Shown: positions 54,308 to 63,135 of the stretch, piece by piece
Numbering within the stretch: the stretch's first letter is position 1
Layout of the letters: each line of letters opens with the position of its first letter
IMG/VR virus record: IMGVR_UViG_3300005518_000016
Coordinates: 7,077-71,076 of that record
DNA length: 64,000 bases
Strand: one strand, 5' to 3'
Source of the DNA: a virus
Made by a program: the position numbers and the translations under genes
The notes under the pieces: model-generated
The model's input: the letters and a program-made list of their open reading frames with translations, nothing else
Databases searched by the model: none
What the model was told of the DNA's origin: nothing

Positions 54308-55477
54308 CTACACCGTCACCAGGGCGGCGCCCCGCTTCAACACAGCGGCGGCCAGCTGATCCAGCTGCAGCCGCTCATCCTGCCATCCGCTCTCCTGACT
54401 GTTCCGCGTGAGTCCCTGCGCGAGTCCCCAGAAGCTCCGCGGTGATGCCTGCTCCTTGATCTCGCAGGTCGCGTAGGCGTCCGTTGCCTGTTCCTTGGTG
54501 GCGCCCATCTTCTTGAGCTCATCGATCACGGCCTCTTTCGTGTGGGCGATCTCGTGGTCGATCAACCCTCGGATGATCCGCTCATCGTCGCTGGCGGCGC
54601 GGCGGGTCCACTTCCACGCGAGGGTGTTGAGTTCCGCCATGGTGTCGCGGGTGATCCGGGCGCCCACATGCCGGCGGCGGAAGGTGCGATCGATCATCGC
54701 ACCCCAGAGGCAGTGATTGCCGCAGATGTAGCGGTAGAGAACCGTCTCGATGGTGATCGAGCAGTGGCCGACTTCGGAATTCCTGAGCATGATCCCCCTG
54801 AACATCGCGCCCGCTTCGGTGCTGCCGTCGGTGCTCGTCTGTCTGGTGCTGCCGTTGCGGAGGGTGGGGTCCGTGACAATGGATCCGCCGTTCACGAGGA
54901 TCAAAAAGCTATCCCGGTCACCCCGATACGCCCCCGCCGGCTTGCCGTCCCACGTGGGCGGCAGGGTGTACCCGGTGCCAGGGTTGAAGTGTCGCAGCGT
55001 CTCGCCGAACAACTGGCCATCCCAGACGCGGCCGTACGTCTCGCTGGTGCACGCCCGAATGACCGGCGTCCCACCGTTGGCTTTGACCAGTAGGTTCGCG
55101 GTCGTCCCTACCGGTGCGGCCTCGTGGAGTCCGTGATTCAGGTTCGCGGCGGCGAGCTCCGGCGGCAGGGTCCGGAGGTAGGATGCGGGCGCGCCAATGG
55201 TTCGTGCGAGCTGGCCAAAGGCGTAATGGGTGAGGGTGGCATTCCCGGTTGGGCTCTGCAGCCTGAGTTCCTTCCCGGGGCAGTCGCCTGGCTGGCCGAT
55301 CTTGAGTTGCGGCGCATCGACGACAACGGCCTCCAGGTCTCGCAGGTTGTACACCCTCTCTGCCGAGTGGGTGCGGTCGTACTCGGCTGCGTCGACCAGG
55401 GCGGCGACGGTGGGGTATCTCTCGTCTGCCGGCCGTTTGTAGTACTCACTCTGGGCTGTGGTGATGGTTCGTTCCAT
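54308..55477 (-). CDS. DUF932-family protein
   Basis: RPADERY, THYAFGQL, SETYGRVWD, FRGIMLRNSEVG, YRYICGNH, GLTR.SQ; GGAG RBS. Confidence 0.8.
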   Translation of the reverse strand: MERTITTAQSEYYKRPADERYPTVAALVDAAEYDRTHSAERVYNLRDLEAVVVDAPQLKIGQPGDCPGKELRLQSPTGNATLTHYAFGQLARTIGAPASYLRTLPPELAAANLNHGLHEAAPVGTTANLLVKANGGTPVIRACTSETYGRVWDGQLFGETLRHFNPGTGYTLPPTWDGKPAGAYRGDRDSFLILVNGGSIVTDPTLRNGSTRQTSTDGSTEAGAMFRGIMLRNSEVGHCSITIETVLYRYICGNHCLWGAMIDRTFRRRHVGARITRDTMAELNTLAWKWTRRAASDDERIIRGLIDHEIAHTKEAVIDELKKMGATKEQATDAYATCEIKEQASPRSFWGLAQGLTRNSQESGWQDERLQLDQLAAAVLKRGAALVTV

Positions 55478-55911
55478 GGTGCCTATCTCCATCGAAGGGC
55501 TACGGCTACCGTGGCCGGCGGGATTGCCGGGGTCCGGAGTCGTGGCGTCCTGGGGTGCCTGCGGCGCGACTGCTGGCCGACGATGCCCTCTGGTCCAGAG
55601 GGTACAGGTCGCAGGGTCAGCGGAGGTCACGGGGGGTGTACCGGCTGCTCCCGGTTCGCACCCGCACCCACCCTGCCCCTGCCGTCCTGACACGTCGCGC
55701 ACCCGGCTACTCCATCATAGGTGCCTAGTGGTTGTCAACCCTCTCCGCCTGCAGGCCTATCAACCCTCCCTCGCCTGCGCCGGATGCCCCGTGCCGCGGG
55801 CGCGTGCGATTCCCCTTGACTTCCCCCCCTGGCCTGTGGTTGGCGTGATGGGTCATTGTGCGCGGGCCCCCCTGGGGGTGGTCGGGCGCGTGCTGGGTGT
55901 GACAGCCCCTT

Positions 55912-55940
55912 TTTATTTTTGTGTCCCCCTCTGCTAGGCT
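55912..55940 (+). promoter_or_regulatory. Promoter TTTATT-N17-(TGc)TAGGCT, leaderless-type
   Basis: -10 at 55935-55940; ATG at 55948 is 7 nt downstream. Confidence 0.6.
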
Positions 55941-55947
55941 GGCCTCG

Positions 55948-56133
55948 ATGTCCACCCGCCGCCCGCTGTCCCCTGAGCGCCTCGCCGCCCTCCTCGCCAG
56001 GCTGGATCAGGCCCATGCGGCCCTCCGGTCCCTCACCCCTCTGGAACGGTCCGAGCGGGACTACCGACTCATGCGATCCCGGTCGCGGCGGTGGGCGAGG
56101 TATCGGGCCAGGGAGAACCGGCGGCAGGAGTGA
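55948..56133 (+). CDS. Small basic hypothetical protein
   Basis: Leaderless-type start after TAGGCT. Confidence 0.5.
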   Translation: MSTRRPLSPERLAALLARLDQAHAALRSLTPLERSERDYRLMRSRSRRWARYRARENRRQE

Positions 56134-56198
56134 CGGGAGTCAGGCAGGGAGAGGATCGAGGGTGCCTGCGGCGCACCGGGAGTAGGAATTCCGCCGAC

Positions 56199-56227
56199 TT
56201 GACTTCAGCGGGTGGGGTGGGTAGGCT
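56199..56227 (+). promoter_or_regulatory. Sigma70-type promoter TTGACT-N17-TAGGCT, leaderless-type
   Basis: Same hexamers and spacing as the promoter at 47980-48008; ATG at 56235 is 7 nt downstream. Confidence 0.75.
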
Positions 56228-56234
56228 CCCCTCC

Positions 56235-56552
56235 ATGGCCCTGCGCCTGCGGCAGCTGATTCGAGGGGGGATCCTCCTCAGAGAACTTCGAGGGGTGCGG
56301 AAGGAACTGAGTCGCATTGCCGCGGCGCTCGAGGACTACAACCTCCATCAGTGGCCGCAGCAGATCCCGCAGGAGGAGGGGCAGCCCACCGTGGAGGTCT
56401 CCTATGTGGACACGCTCTTCCAGCAGGAGTTGGTGGAGATCGAGCTGCGCCTGACCGCGGCGGTGGGCCTGCCGCCCTCCGAGGATCAGATCCTGGCCGA
56501 GTATGTCCGGCGGCACCCGGACTCGCCCGCGGCGCTGCACATGGAGGAATGA
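56235..56552 (+). CDS. Hypothetical protein
   Basis: 105 aa from the leaderless-type ATG. Confidence 0.6.
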   Translation: MALRLRQLIRGGILLRELRGVRKELSRIAAALEDYNLHQWPQQIPQEEGQPTVEVSYVDTLFQQELVEIELRLTAAVGLPPSEDQILAEYVRRHPDSPAALHMEE

Positions 56553-56553
56553 G

Positions 56554-56736
56554 ATGCCTGTGCCTGCGGCGCTGCCCCTGCGGATCACCGCCATCTCGGT
56601 GGTGCCTCCTCCTCTCTGGGTGATCTGGCTCGCCACCTCCGAGGGCCCCGTCCCCTACTTCCCCCGCGTCGCCGAGGCGATCGTTCCCCATGGGGTGTGG
56701 ATCCAGGCGGCCTTCACCGAGATCCCCCGAATCTAG
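56554..56736 (+). CDS. Hypothetical protein
   Basis: GGAGG RBS. Confidence 0.45.
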   Translation: MPVPAALPLRITAISVVPPPLWVIWLATSEGPVPYFPRVAEAIVPHGVWIQAAFTEIPRI

Positions 56737-56758
56737 CCACGGGTAGAAGAGGGTAGTC

Positions 56759-57529
56759 ATGGCCCGGTCCAAATCGCTCGCGCGCACCCACGCCGCCGCC
56801 ACCCGGCAGCTGGCCATGGCGACGCCCTCGGTGGTGCAGGAGCTCACCCGGCTGGAGAAGGACCTCGGTGGGCGGCGCACGCTGCTGAGCCTCCTCGCCC
56901 TCGCCCCCCTCACCCCCGACCTCCGCTACATCCTCGGGCTGCTCGGCGACCCGGCCCACGACCACCGCTCCCTCGCCTCGATCTGTGCCGACGGCAATAT
57001 CCTGCCCGGCGATCTCCTGAAACACCTCGGTGCTGCGGCGCTCCACAAGGGCCAAGTCCTCGCCAGGCAGCGCATCGGTGAGTCCATCCCGGCCGTGGTG
57101 GATGATGTCATGCGCCGCGCCGCCCCCTTTGAAGAGGCCTGCCCGGACTGCATGGTCGATGGCCAGAGTACCGGCCGGGTCACCCCGGAACCCACCGCGG
57201 CCAATCCCAACCCGGCGCCCGAGCCCTGTCCCAGCTGCAAAGGCTCCCTCCGCATCTTGTATATGCCCACCCTCGATCGGCAGCGGATGGCCATCGACAT
57301 GGCAGGATTGATCGATCGAGGCGGTGGGGGGATCTCCATCCTCAACCAGAACCTGAACCTTGGCACAGCGGCCTCCGGTGGCCAAGGGGCCCTCGAGCAG
57401 CTCCAGACCCTCACCGATCAGATTCTTTATGGGGACGCCCCTCTTGACCCTGTGGAGGCCGAGGTCCTGCCGGCGGCGCCTGATTCCGCCTCCGTCCCCG
57501 ATCCCTCTCCCTCCCAGCCCCCCGAGTAG
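56759..57529 (+). CDS. Hypothetical Zn-finger protein, candidate terminase small subunit
   Basis: Helical protein with CPDC...CPSC, upstream of TerL in the same operon; function inferred from position. Confidence 0.4.
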   Translation: MARSKSLARTHAAATRQLAMATPSVVQELTRLEKDLGGRRTLLSLLALAPLTPDLRYILGLLGDPAHDHRSLASICADGNILPGDLLKHLGAAALHKGQVLARQRIGESIPAVVDDVMRRAAPFEEACPDCMVDGQSTGRVTPEPTAANPNPAPEPCPSCKGSLRILYMPTLDRQRMAIDMAGLIDRGGGGISILNQNLNLGTAASGGQGALEQLQTLTDQILYGDAPLDPVEAEVLPAAPDSASVPDPSPSQPPE

Positions 57530-57533
57530 TCCC

Positions 57534-57869
57534 ATGCAGGAACGACGAGCAGATGTCCTCGGCGCGACCGTTGCCATCCGGTTCTATGTCCTGGCCGTCC
57601 TCGGCTTTGGCACCATGGTCATCCTGGTCATCGGGGCCCTCGCCTACTTCGTCCCCGAGAGCGGATCGCCCATTGCCACCGTGGTGGGGGTGACCACGCC
57701 GATCCTCGTCTCCCTCCTCGGCGGCGGGATCTACCGGATGGCGGTGGCGATGGACGGCCAGCTCTCCCAGCTCGTACTGGCCTCCGAGGAGAAGGCCCAT
57801 GCCGAAGGGGTGGTTGAAGGGCTGACGGCTCCACGCGTGCCTGCGGCGCCGCCATCGGAGACCTCCTGA
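57534..57869 (+). CDS. Two-TM membrane protein (holin-like)
   Basis: Two hydrophobic helices. Confidence 0.55.
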   Translation: MQERRADVLGATVAIRFYVLAVLGFGTMVILVIGALAYFVPESGSPIATVVGVTTPILVSLLGGGIYRMAVAMDGQLSQLVLASEEKAHAEGVVEGLTAPRVPAAPPSETS

Positions 57870-57907
57870 TGTATTCTTGGTGAGCCCCTCCTGAGCAGGC
57901 CACGCTG

Positions 57908-58501
57908 ATGGAACCCATCACCCTCGCGGCGATTGCGGGATTGCAGCTCATCCTCCTCACCTTGGTCCAGGGCTTCGTGCAGTCCCGGAAGGAACGACGG
58001 GATTCGGTGCTGGCGATCGAGACGGCAGCCGCCCAGGCCGCCCTCAAGAAAAAGGAGCGGGAGGAGGACTACGCCAGGCAGGATCTGGTCGCGGAACGGG
58101 TGGCCGCTGCCGCGCGGGAGGTCAAGGCGGTTGCGACACAAGCGGCTGATGCCGCGGAGCTGCTCCTCAAGGCCCAGGCCGAAACCGTGGCCCGTACGGA
58201 CGAAGTCGCCCGACTCGCCAGTGAGGCGGACAGGCGCATCGCGGAGCAGCTCACGGCGATTGACGAGCAGGGGAAGAAAATTCACATCCTCGTAAATAGC
58301 GACATGACCGCCGCGCGTACCGCCGAGCGGGACTCCCTGCGGGCGCTCGCCCTGGTGCTGAGGCGGCTGTCCCCCGATGCCAAGGACGAGATCGTGCGCG
58401 TCGAGAAGCGCATCACGGAACTCGATCAGATTCTCGCGGATCGGCACGCGGCGCAGCTCCGGGTCGAAGAGGAAGCGCGGGCGCACGAGGCGGGCCGGTG
58501 A
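57908..58501 (+). CDS. Membrane-anchored coiled-coil protein
   Basis: N-terminal TM, long Ala/Glu/Arg helix, IHILVNS motif. Confidence 0.6.
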   Translation: MEPITLAAIAGLQLILLTLVQGFVQSRKERRDSVLAIETAAAQAALKKKEREEDYARQDLVAERVAAAAREVKAVATQAADAAELLLKAQAETVARTDEVARLASEADRRIAEQLTAIDEQGKKIHILVNSDMTAARTAERDSLRALALVLRRLSPDAKDEIVRVEKRITELDQILADRHAAQLRVEEEARAHEAGR

Positions 58502-58707
58502 CGACCTTCTACAACCTGTTTCGCCCGAGCGATGCGCAGGTCAAACGCACGATCACGATCCTGAAGCGGCACGCCGACGGGCTCGCAGTGATCTGCGGCG
58601 TGATTGGGGTACACTTCCTCTCGCCGTCGGTCACCTGGAGCGTGGTCGGGGGGATCGCCTGCCTGGTGCTGGCGATGGCCGTGGTCAAATGGTGCTGTGA
58701 ACCCTAG
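58498..58707 (+). CDS. Small two-TM membrane protein
   Basis: Hydrophobic segments; GTGA coupling. Confidence 0.5.
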   Translation: MTTFYNLFRPSDAQVKRTITILKRHADGLAVICGVIGVHFLSPSVTWSVVGGIACLVLAMAVVKWCCEP

Positions 58708-58715
58708 AGCCTGAT

Positions 58716-58961
58716 ATGCCTGGTGTCGCCTTCGCCCAGCCGCCCGACCACCTGATCCCGGACATCACGGCCTCGATCGCCCGGGCCGTCGCCACGCTCC
58801 CCAAGGATAAGACCATAGCCCTGGTCGGGATCGCCACCGAAGCGGGTGGGAATGCCGCCATTGTCGCCCGGGTGAACAACACCTGGGCCGTGCAGGTGTG
58901 GGTCGGGAAGACGTGGCGACGGCCGCTGACCTATGGCGCGGAAGTGATGTGGTCACGATGA
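58716..58961 (+). CDS. Hypothetical protein
   Basis: 81 aa, beta-strand C-terminus. Confidence 0.5.
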   Translation: MPGVAFAQPPDHLIPDITASIARAVATLPKDKTIALVGIATEAGGNAAIVARVNNTWAVQVWVGKTWRRPLTYGAEVMWSR

Positions 58962-59269
58962 AGGAGAACCTCATGCAGAGATGGCTGACGATCGTCCGGG
59001 GACTGTTGCCGTGGGCGTTCATGCTCATTCCGGGGCTCCCTCCAGTACTGGTCCCCACCATCATTCAAGGCATCGAGGAGGCGCAACAGCTCAAGGGTGC
59101 CTCCGGGGCGGACAAGAAGGCGCACGTCGTCGCGCTGGTGGAACTCGCCATCACGGGCATCAACAGCAAGCGGAAGGTGATTGATGAGGTGACGGTACTG
59201 CCCGTGGTCAAGAGTGCGATCGACACCGGGATCGCCCTCGTCAACCTGTTCTCGCCGAAGCCGCACTGA
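58958..59269 (+). CDS. Putative holin-like protein
   Basis: IEEAQQ...SGADKKAHV pattern reminiscent of LL-H-type holins. Confidence 0.45.
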   Translation: MKENLMQRWLTIVRGLLPWAFMLIPGLPPVLVPTIIQGIEEAQQLKGASGADKKAHVVALVELAITGINSKRKVIDEVTVLPVVKSAIDTGIALVNLFSPKPH

Positions 59270-59577
59270 TGCCGCAGCGCCTGACCGATCTCCACCCGCA
59301 CTGGTGGCACATGCACGGGGATCCCGAGGGGGTTCACCGTGGGCTGAACTTCGACTGCCCTGTTCACGGGCCGACCGAGATTCTCTCGATGCGCTTCCTC
59401 AATCCGATCGGCACCGATGAGCCCGCCCCGGGCTATCGGCACTACTGGCAGCGCACCGGCGAGACCTTCGAGACCCTGACCCTCACACCGTCGCTCGACT
59501 ACACCAAGTACGACAACGGCCAGCCCCGGGATCCGACCTGCTGGCACGGGTTCATCACGAATGGGGAGGTCACCTGA
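59269..59577 (+). CDS. DUF6527-like protein
   Basis: FDCP...W.R.G....TLTLTPSL...CWHGFITNGEV. Confidence 0.6.
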   Translation: MPQRLTDLHPHWWHMHGDPEGVHRGLNFDCPVHGPTEILSMRFLNPIGTDEPAPGYRHYWQRTGETFETLTLTPSLDYTKYDNGQPRDPTCWHGFITNGEVT

Positions 59578-59581
59578 CGCC

Positions 59582-60169
59582 ATGAACATCGGCGAAACGC
59601 TCAAGGAGACGGGAGTCGGCATCCTCGCCTGGGTGACGAACGAGCTGCGCGTCTACGCGAGGAACGACGATGCCGCCAAGTACCGCGTGGGAGGCCCCGG
59701 CGATCATGGCGGCTGCCTCTCTTTCAACAAGGTCTGGCTCGATGCCAACAACCGGCCCGTCAACGAGGAAGAACTCGGGCTGATCCAGATCAAGCAGGAC
59801 GAGCGCACCCGGAACGATCCGAACGGCGCACGCGGCGAGATGACCATCCATCTCAATGATGGGCAGAAGCGCCAGCCGGACAGTCTGGTCCCTGTCATGC
59901 TAATCCGGACCGACGGCTACACGATGCTCGTCCCCCGCAACGACAGCCCTGAGCATCCACCGGACAACCAAGGACCCACGCCCATGCCCACGACTACCGG
60001 CGCCTACGACGGCGCGCAATTTCACGGGTCGCACAATTTATTCCTGTACGCCCGCCAGACCGACGGGCACGACGTCCTCTACCGCTGCACTGCGAACGGA
60101 GAGCCCGAGGAAGCGATCTGGGTCTCGGACGGGCCGAGTCCGAACGGACGCTGGCTCGGGCCTCTTTGA
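59582..60169 (+). CDS. Hypothetical protein with a C-terminal bulb-lectin-like motif; ends at CTT-TGA-C
   Basis: GGAGGT RBS; QTDGHDVLY...AIWVS resembles QxDGNLVLY...WAS. Confidence 0.55.
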   Translation: MNIGETLKETGVGILAWVTNELRVYARNDDAAKYRVGGPGDHGGCLSFNKVWLDANNRPVNEEELGLIQIKQDERTRNDPNGARGEMTIHLNDGQKRQPDSLVPVMLIRTDGYTMLVPRNDSPEHPPDNQGPTPMPTTTGAYDGAQFHGSHNLFLYARQTDGHDVLYRCTANGEPEEAIWVSDGPSPNGRWLGPL

Positions 60170-61232
60170 CCAGATACCTGCGGCGCCTCCCCCCGAGCCC
60201 CTGCCGGCCCCCTGGCCGACGCCGGAGCCTGTGCCATGGCCCTTGCCTGCGGCGCAGCCCGGCATCCCTATTCGTGTCTCCACCGACCAAGATGGTCCGA
60301 TCGCCAAGCGGATGATGTCGTACTGGGCCAACGCCTTTGCCTCCGGCGGATCCACGGCGTGGGTCTTCGCGGGCTCCCTGGCCTCCGGAGGGCCGATCTT
60401 CTGGGAGGTCGATCTCCGCACGCGCCGCTCCATCCCCCGCGGCCCCCTCGCCGTGTCCTACCACGGTGAGACCGAGGGCTGGTACTGGGATGCCGCGGGC
60501 GCCATCTACCTCATCGACGGCCCACGCTTCCGCCGCGTGGATCCCTTCACGGGCTCGGATCAGATCCTCTACGACCTCAGCACCGATCCCCGCTTTGACA
60601 ACTGTGTGCTCTGGCAGCCGCACTCCTCGCCCAGCGGCCGGACCCACTCGGCCACGGTCCAGCGCCGGGTCCCCGACGGGCCCTATCCCAATATCGGCAC
60701 GGTAGTCTTCCACGACGGGGTCCTGGACTACTTCGAGGCCCACGGCCTCCTAGATGAATCCACGGTGGTCGGGGACGACTGGGTCTGCATCCGAGAAACC
60801 CCCGAGGGTCAGAAGGGCGAGGACAACCGGGTCATTCACCTCCGCACCCGGGAGACCCGCCTGATCAAGGATGCCGAGCGGGCCCTCGGGCATTCCGACG
60901 CCGGCACCGACTGGATGGTGGGGGAAGCGGACAAGCCCGATCCCGGCCAGTGCGGCTGGTGGGATCTCACCCAACCTCTCACACCGGGACGCTTCCATCC
61001 CCTCTTCGACACCCTCAACATGGGCTACGTGTCGGTGCGCGGCGACCGGATCCTCCATTCCAGCGATCTCGAGCTGCGCCTGATCGACCGGCTGAGCGGC
61101 ACCATCACGCCCCTCTATGCCCACGGGGGTGGCACGGCCTATGATGATCGGGTGAAGGCCAATTTAGATCCCTCGGGCACGCTGGCCTGCTACATGAGCG
61201 GCGGGCAGATCTACCTCCTGCCGCTGCCCTGA
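60168..61232 (+). CDS. Beta-propeller protein, possibly expressed as a +1 frameshift fusion (first canonical start is GTG 60231)
   Basis: Frame is open from GAC 60168 through a Pro-rich linker; repeated VDL.T / VDPFTG / IDRLSG blades. Confidence 0.6.
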   Translation, partial: DQIPAAPPPEPLPAPWPTPEPVPWPLPAAQPGIPIRVSTDQDGPIAKRMMSYWANAFASGGSTAWVFAGSLASGGPIFWEVDLRTRRSIPRGPLAVSYHGETEGWYWDAAGAIYLIDGPRFRRVDPFTGSDQILYDLSTDPRFDNCVLWQPHSSPSGRTHSATVQRRVPDGPYPNIGTVVFHDGVLDYFEAHGLLDESTVVGDDWVCIRETPEGQKGEDNRVIHLRTRETRLIKDAERALGHSDAGTDWMVGEADKPDPGQCGWWDLTQPLTPGRFHPLFDTLNMGYVSVRGDRILHSSDLELRLIDRLSGTITPLYAHGGGTAYDDRVKANLDPSGTLACYMSGGQIYLLPLP

Positions 61233-61255
61233 CCGTTGGCACACTAGGAGGCTGT

Positions 61256-61474
61256 ATGGATCTCTCCTCGCTCATCTCCGTGGTCCTGGTCCTGGTGGTC
61301 CTCGGGTTCCTGCTCTGGCTGCTCTTCACCTACGTCCCCATGCCAGACCCCTTCAAGACGATCATCATGGTGGTGATCGTGATCTGCGTGGTGCTCTGGC
61401 TCCTCTCGGCGATCGGGGTGTGGCACGGCTTTCGTGGCGCGGCCCTGATGCTGTCCACCGGTGCCTTGGGGTAG
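61256..61474 (+). CDS. Small two-TM membrane protein (Thivi_2564-like)
   Basis: LVVLGFLLWLLFTYVPMPDPFKTIIMVVIVICVVLWLL; AGGAGG RBS. Confidence 0.7.
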   Translation: MDLSSLISVVLVLVVLGFLLWLLFTYVPMPDPFKTIIMVVIVICVVLWLLSAIGVWHGFRGAALMLSTGALG

Positions 61475-61486
61475 ACTCCGGGGCAG

Positions 61487-62887
61487 GTGTACAGCGACGC
61501 CCTGATCGCGGCCAAGATTGCCCGTCTTGAGACCACCCTTGGCTCGGTCCTCCCCTCGGGGAAGCTCGAATCCATCCCCGTGGACCACTGCCATTCAATG
61601 GTCCGCTCGCTCGAAGGGATCTACGACCATGCCCGCAAGCTCCCCACCCGCGGCTTCACCCCCGAGGAGCAGCAGTTTGTGGCCAACGAGCGCCTCCGCT
61701 GCCCGCTCGACTTCGCCTACTTCGCCCAGCGCTATTGGCTCATCCAGTCCGAGGGGCAGACCCTCAAGCCCCTCTATCCCCTCTGGGAGTCCCAGCGACT
61801 CATCCTCGCCGAGCTGGCCCGGCAGGAGGAATCCCGCTGGCGCTCTCGCCATCCTGACGGATTGTTGTGCAATGGTCTCAAGGGTCGCCAGCTCGGCTTC
61901 TCGACCCTCGCCGAAGCCCTCCTCGGTCACCGGGTCGTCACCCAGACCTACGTGAAAGGCCTCGTGGCCAGCGACGTCCCTCAAAACTCTGGCTCCCAGG
62001 GGATCTTCGGGATGCTCGAATTGGGCTTCCAGCACCTCCCGTGGTGGCTCAAGCCGGGCGTGAAGTTCTGGAACACCGACTCCCACCTCGTGTTAGCCAA
62101 TGGGTCCTCGATCATCGTGGAATCGGGCAAATCCATGAAAGGGGGCCTGCAGGAGGAGGGCGGGCAGAAGGGCCAACTCGGCCGATCCAAGACCTACTCC
62201 GTCGGTCATCTCACCGAGCTGAGTACCTGGGAATACGCCGAGACCATCGATGACGCCCTGATGCCGGCCATCCCCCAGACCCCTCGCACCCTCTTCCTCA
62301 AGGAGTCCACCGCCAAGGGTCGTCACAACTGGTGGCACGAGGAGTGGCTGGCCACCGAGCAAGGTTTAACCCGGTCCTTCAACATCTTCATCCCGTGGTA
62401 CGCCGAGCGCTCCAAATACTGGCTCCCTGTCCCAGACGGTTGGGTGCCAGCAGACGACACTTTGGCGTTTGCGGCCCGGGTGCGGGATAAGGGCCCTCAG
62501 TACATGCGCCGCGCCGTCACCCTCGCCAAGGAGCAGCTCTACTGGTATGAACTCCGCAAGGCCGAGGCGATCCACAAGGGACATTTGTATAAGTTCCTGG
62601 AGGAGTATCCCGCCGAGCCCGAGGAGGCCTTCCAATATTCAGGGAGGTCGATCTTCTCCATCGAGACCATGGATCGGCTGGAGCGGCAGGCCAAGCCGCT
62701 GGTGGATCTCTGGCAGGTCGCCCCCCATGGCGAATTGAAGGAAGATCGGGAGGCCCTCCTCCGTGAGCTGGCCGCCGAGCAACGGATCGATCGGGAACGC
62801 CTCGCCGCCGAGCGCCTCCGCGCCGCCTCCGCCCTCCCCGAGGGCCCCGGCCCCCAGACGCTTGTTGTAGAATCCCCCCCGGAATGA
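61487..62887 (+). CDS. terL: Terminase large subunit, ATPase half
   Basis: DFAYFAQRY, LKGRQLGFST (Walker A region), HLTELSTW (Walker B), ESTAKG, FIPWY, EEYPAEPEEAF..SGRSIF. Confidence 0.9.
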   Translation: MYSDALIAAKIARLETTLGSVLPSGKLESIPVDHCHSMVRSLEGIYDHARKLPTRGFTPEEQQFVANERLRCPLDFAYFAQRYWLIQSEGQTLKPLYPLWESQRLILAELARQEESRWRSRHPDGLLCNGLKGRQLGFSTLAEALLGHRVVTQTYVKGLVASDVPQNSGSQGIFGMLELGFQHLPWWLKPGVKFWNTDSHLVLANGSSIIVESGKSMKGGLQEEGGQKGQLGRSKTYSVGHLTELSTWEYAETIDDALMPAIPQTPRTLFLKESTAKGRHNWWHEEWLATEQGLTRSFNIFIPWYAERSKYWLPVPDGWVPADDTLAFAARVRDKGPQYMRRAVTLAKEQLYWYELRKAEAIHKGHLYKFLEEYPAEPEEAFQYSGRSIFSIETMDRLERQAKPLVDLWQVAPHGELKEDREALLRELAAEQRIDRERLAAERLRAASALPEGPGPQTLVVESPPE

Positions 62888-63135
62888 TTCACCCCTCCCG
62901 CCGCGCCTTCCTCCGCTCGCTGCTGGCGCTGCCGATCGCGGCCACCGTGGACGTCGAGCAGTTGCTCTGGACGCCCTCGCCGATCATCGTGGTCCCGGCC
63001 ATTCGGGGGGTCACGATCGAGGAGATCAACGCCGTCACAATGCAGGTGCTCCTCCCTGGCGTATGTGACCACTTCTTCCGGTCGACGCCGCTGCTGGAGT
63101 ACCTCCGCCGGAGTGGCGGGGTGTCGTCAGCATGA
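62884..63135 (+). CDS. 83-aa protein with a twin-arginine motif and a capsid N-terminus-like segment
   Basis: SRRAFL; residues ~43-77 align with MCP residues ~43-77; ATGA overlaps at both ends. Confidence 0.7.
   Translation: MIHPSRRAFLRSLLALPIAATVDVEQLLWTPSPIIVVPAIRGVTIEEINAVTMQVLLPGVCDHFFRSTPLLEYLRRSGGVSSA

Noticed and set aside
55714-55738. Leftward promoter TTGACA...TATGAT upstream of DUF932
   Set aside because: The hexamers are good but the spacer is only 13 bp, so it is not called as a canonical promoter.
55860-55920. Intrinsic terminator before the T-tract at 55910-55920
   Set aside because: The stem is weak and no + strand gene lies directly upstream; the T-tract is better explained as the -35/UP region of the 55935 promoter.
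62884-63135. Group I/II intron or intein splitting terL
   Set aside because: No intron core structure or intein motifs recognised; both junctions are ATGA-coupled ORF boundaries. Not formally excluded without RNA data.
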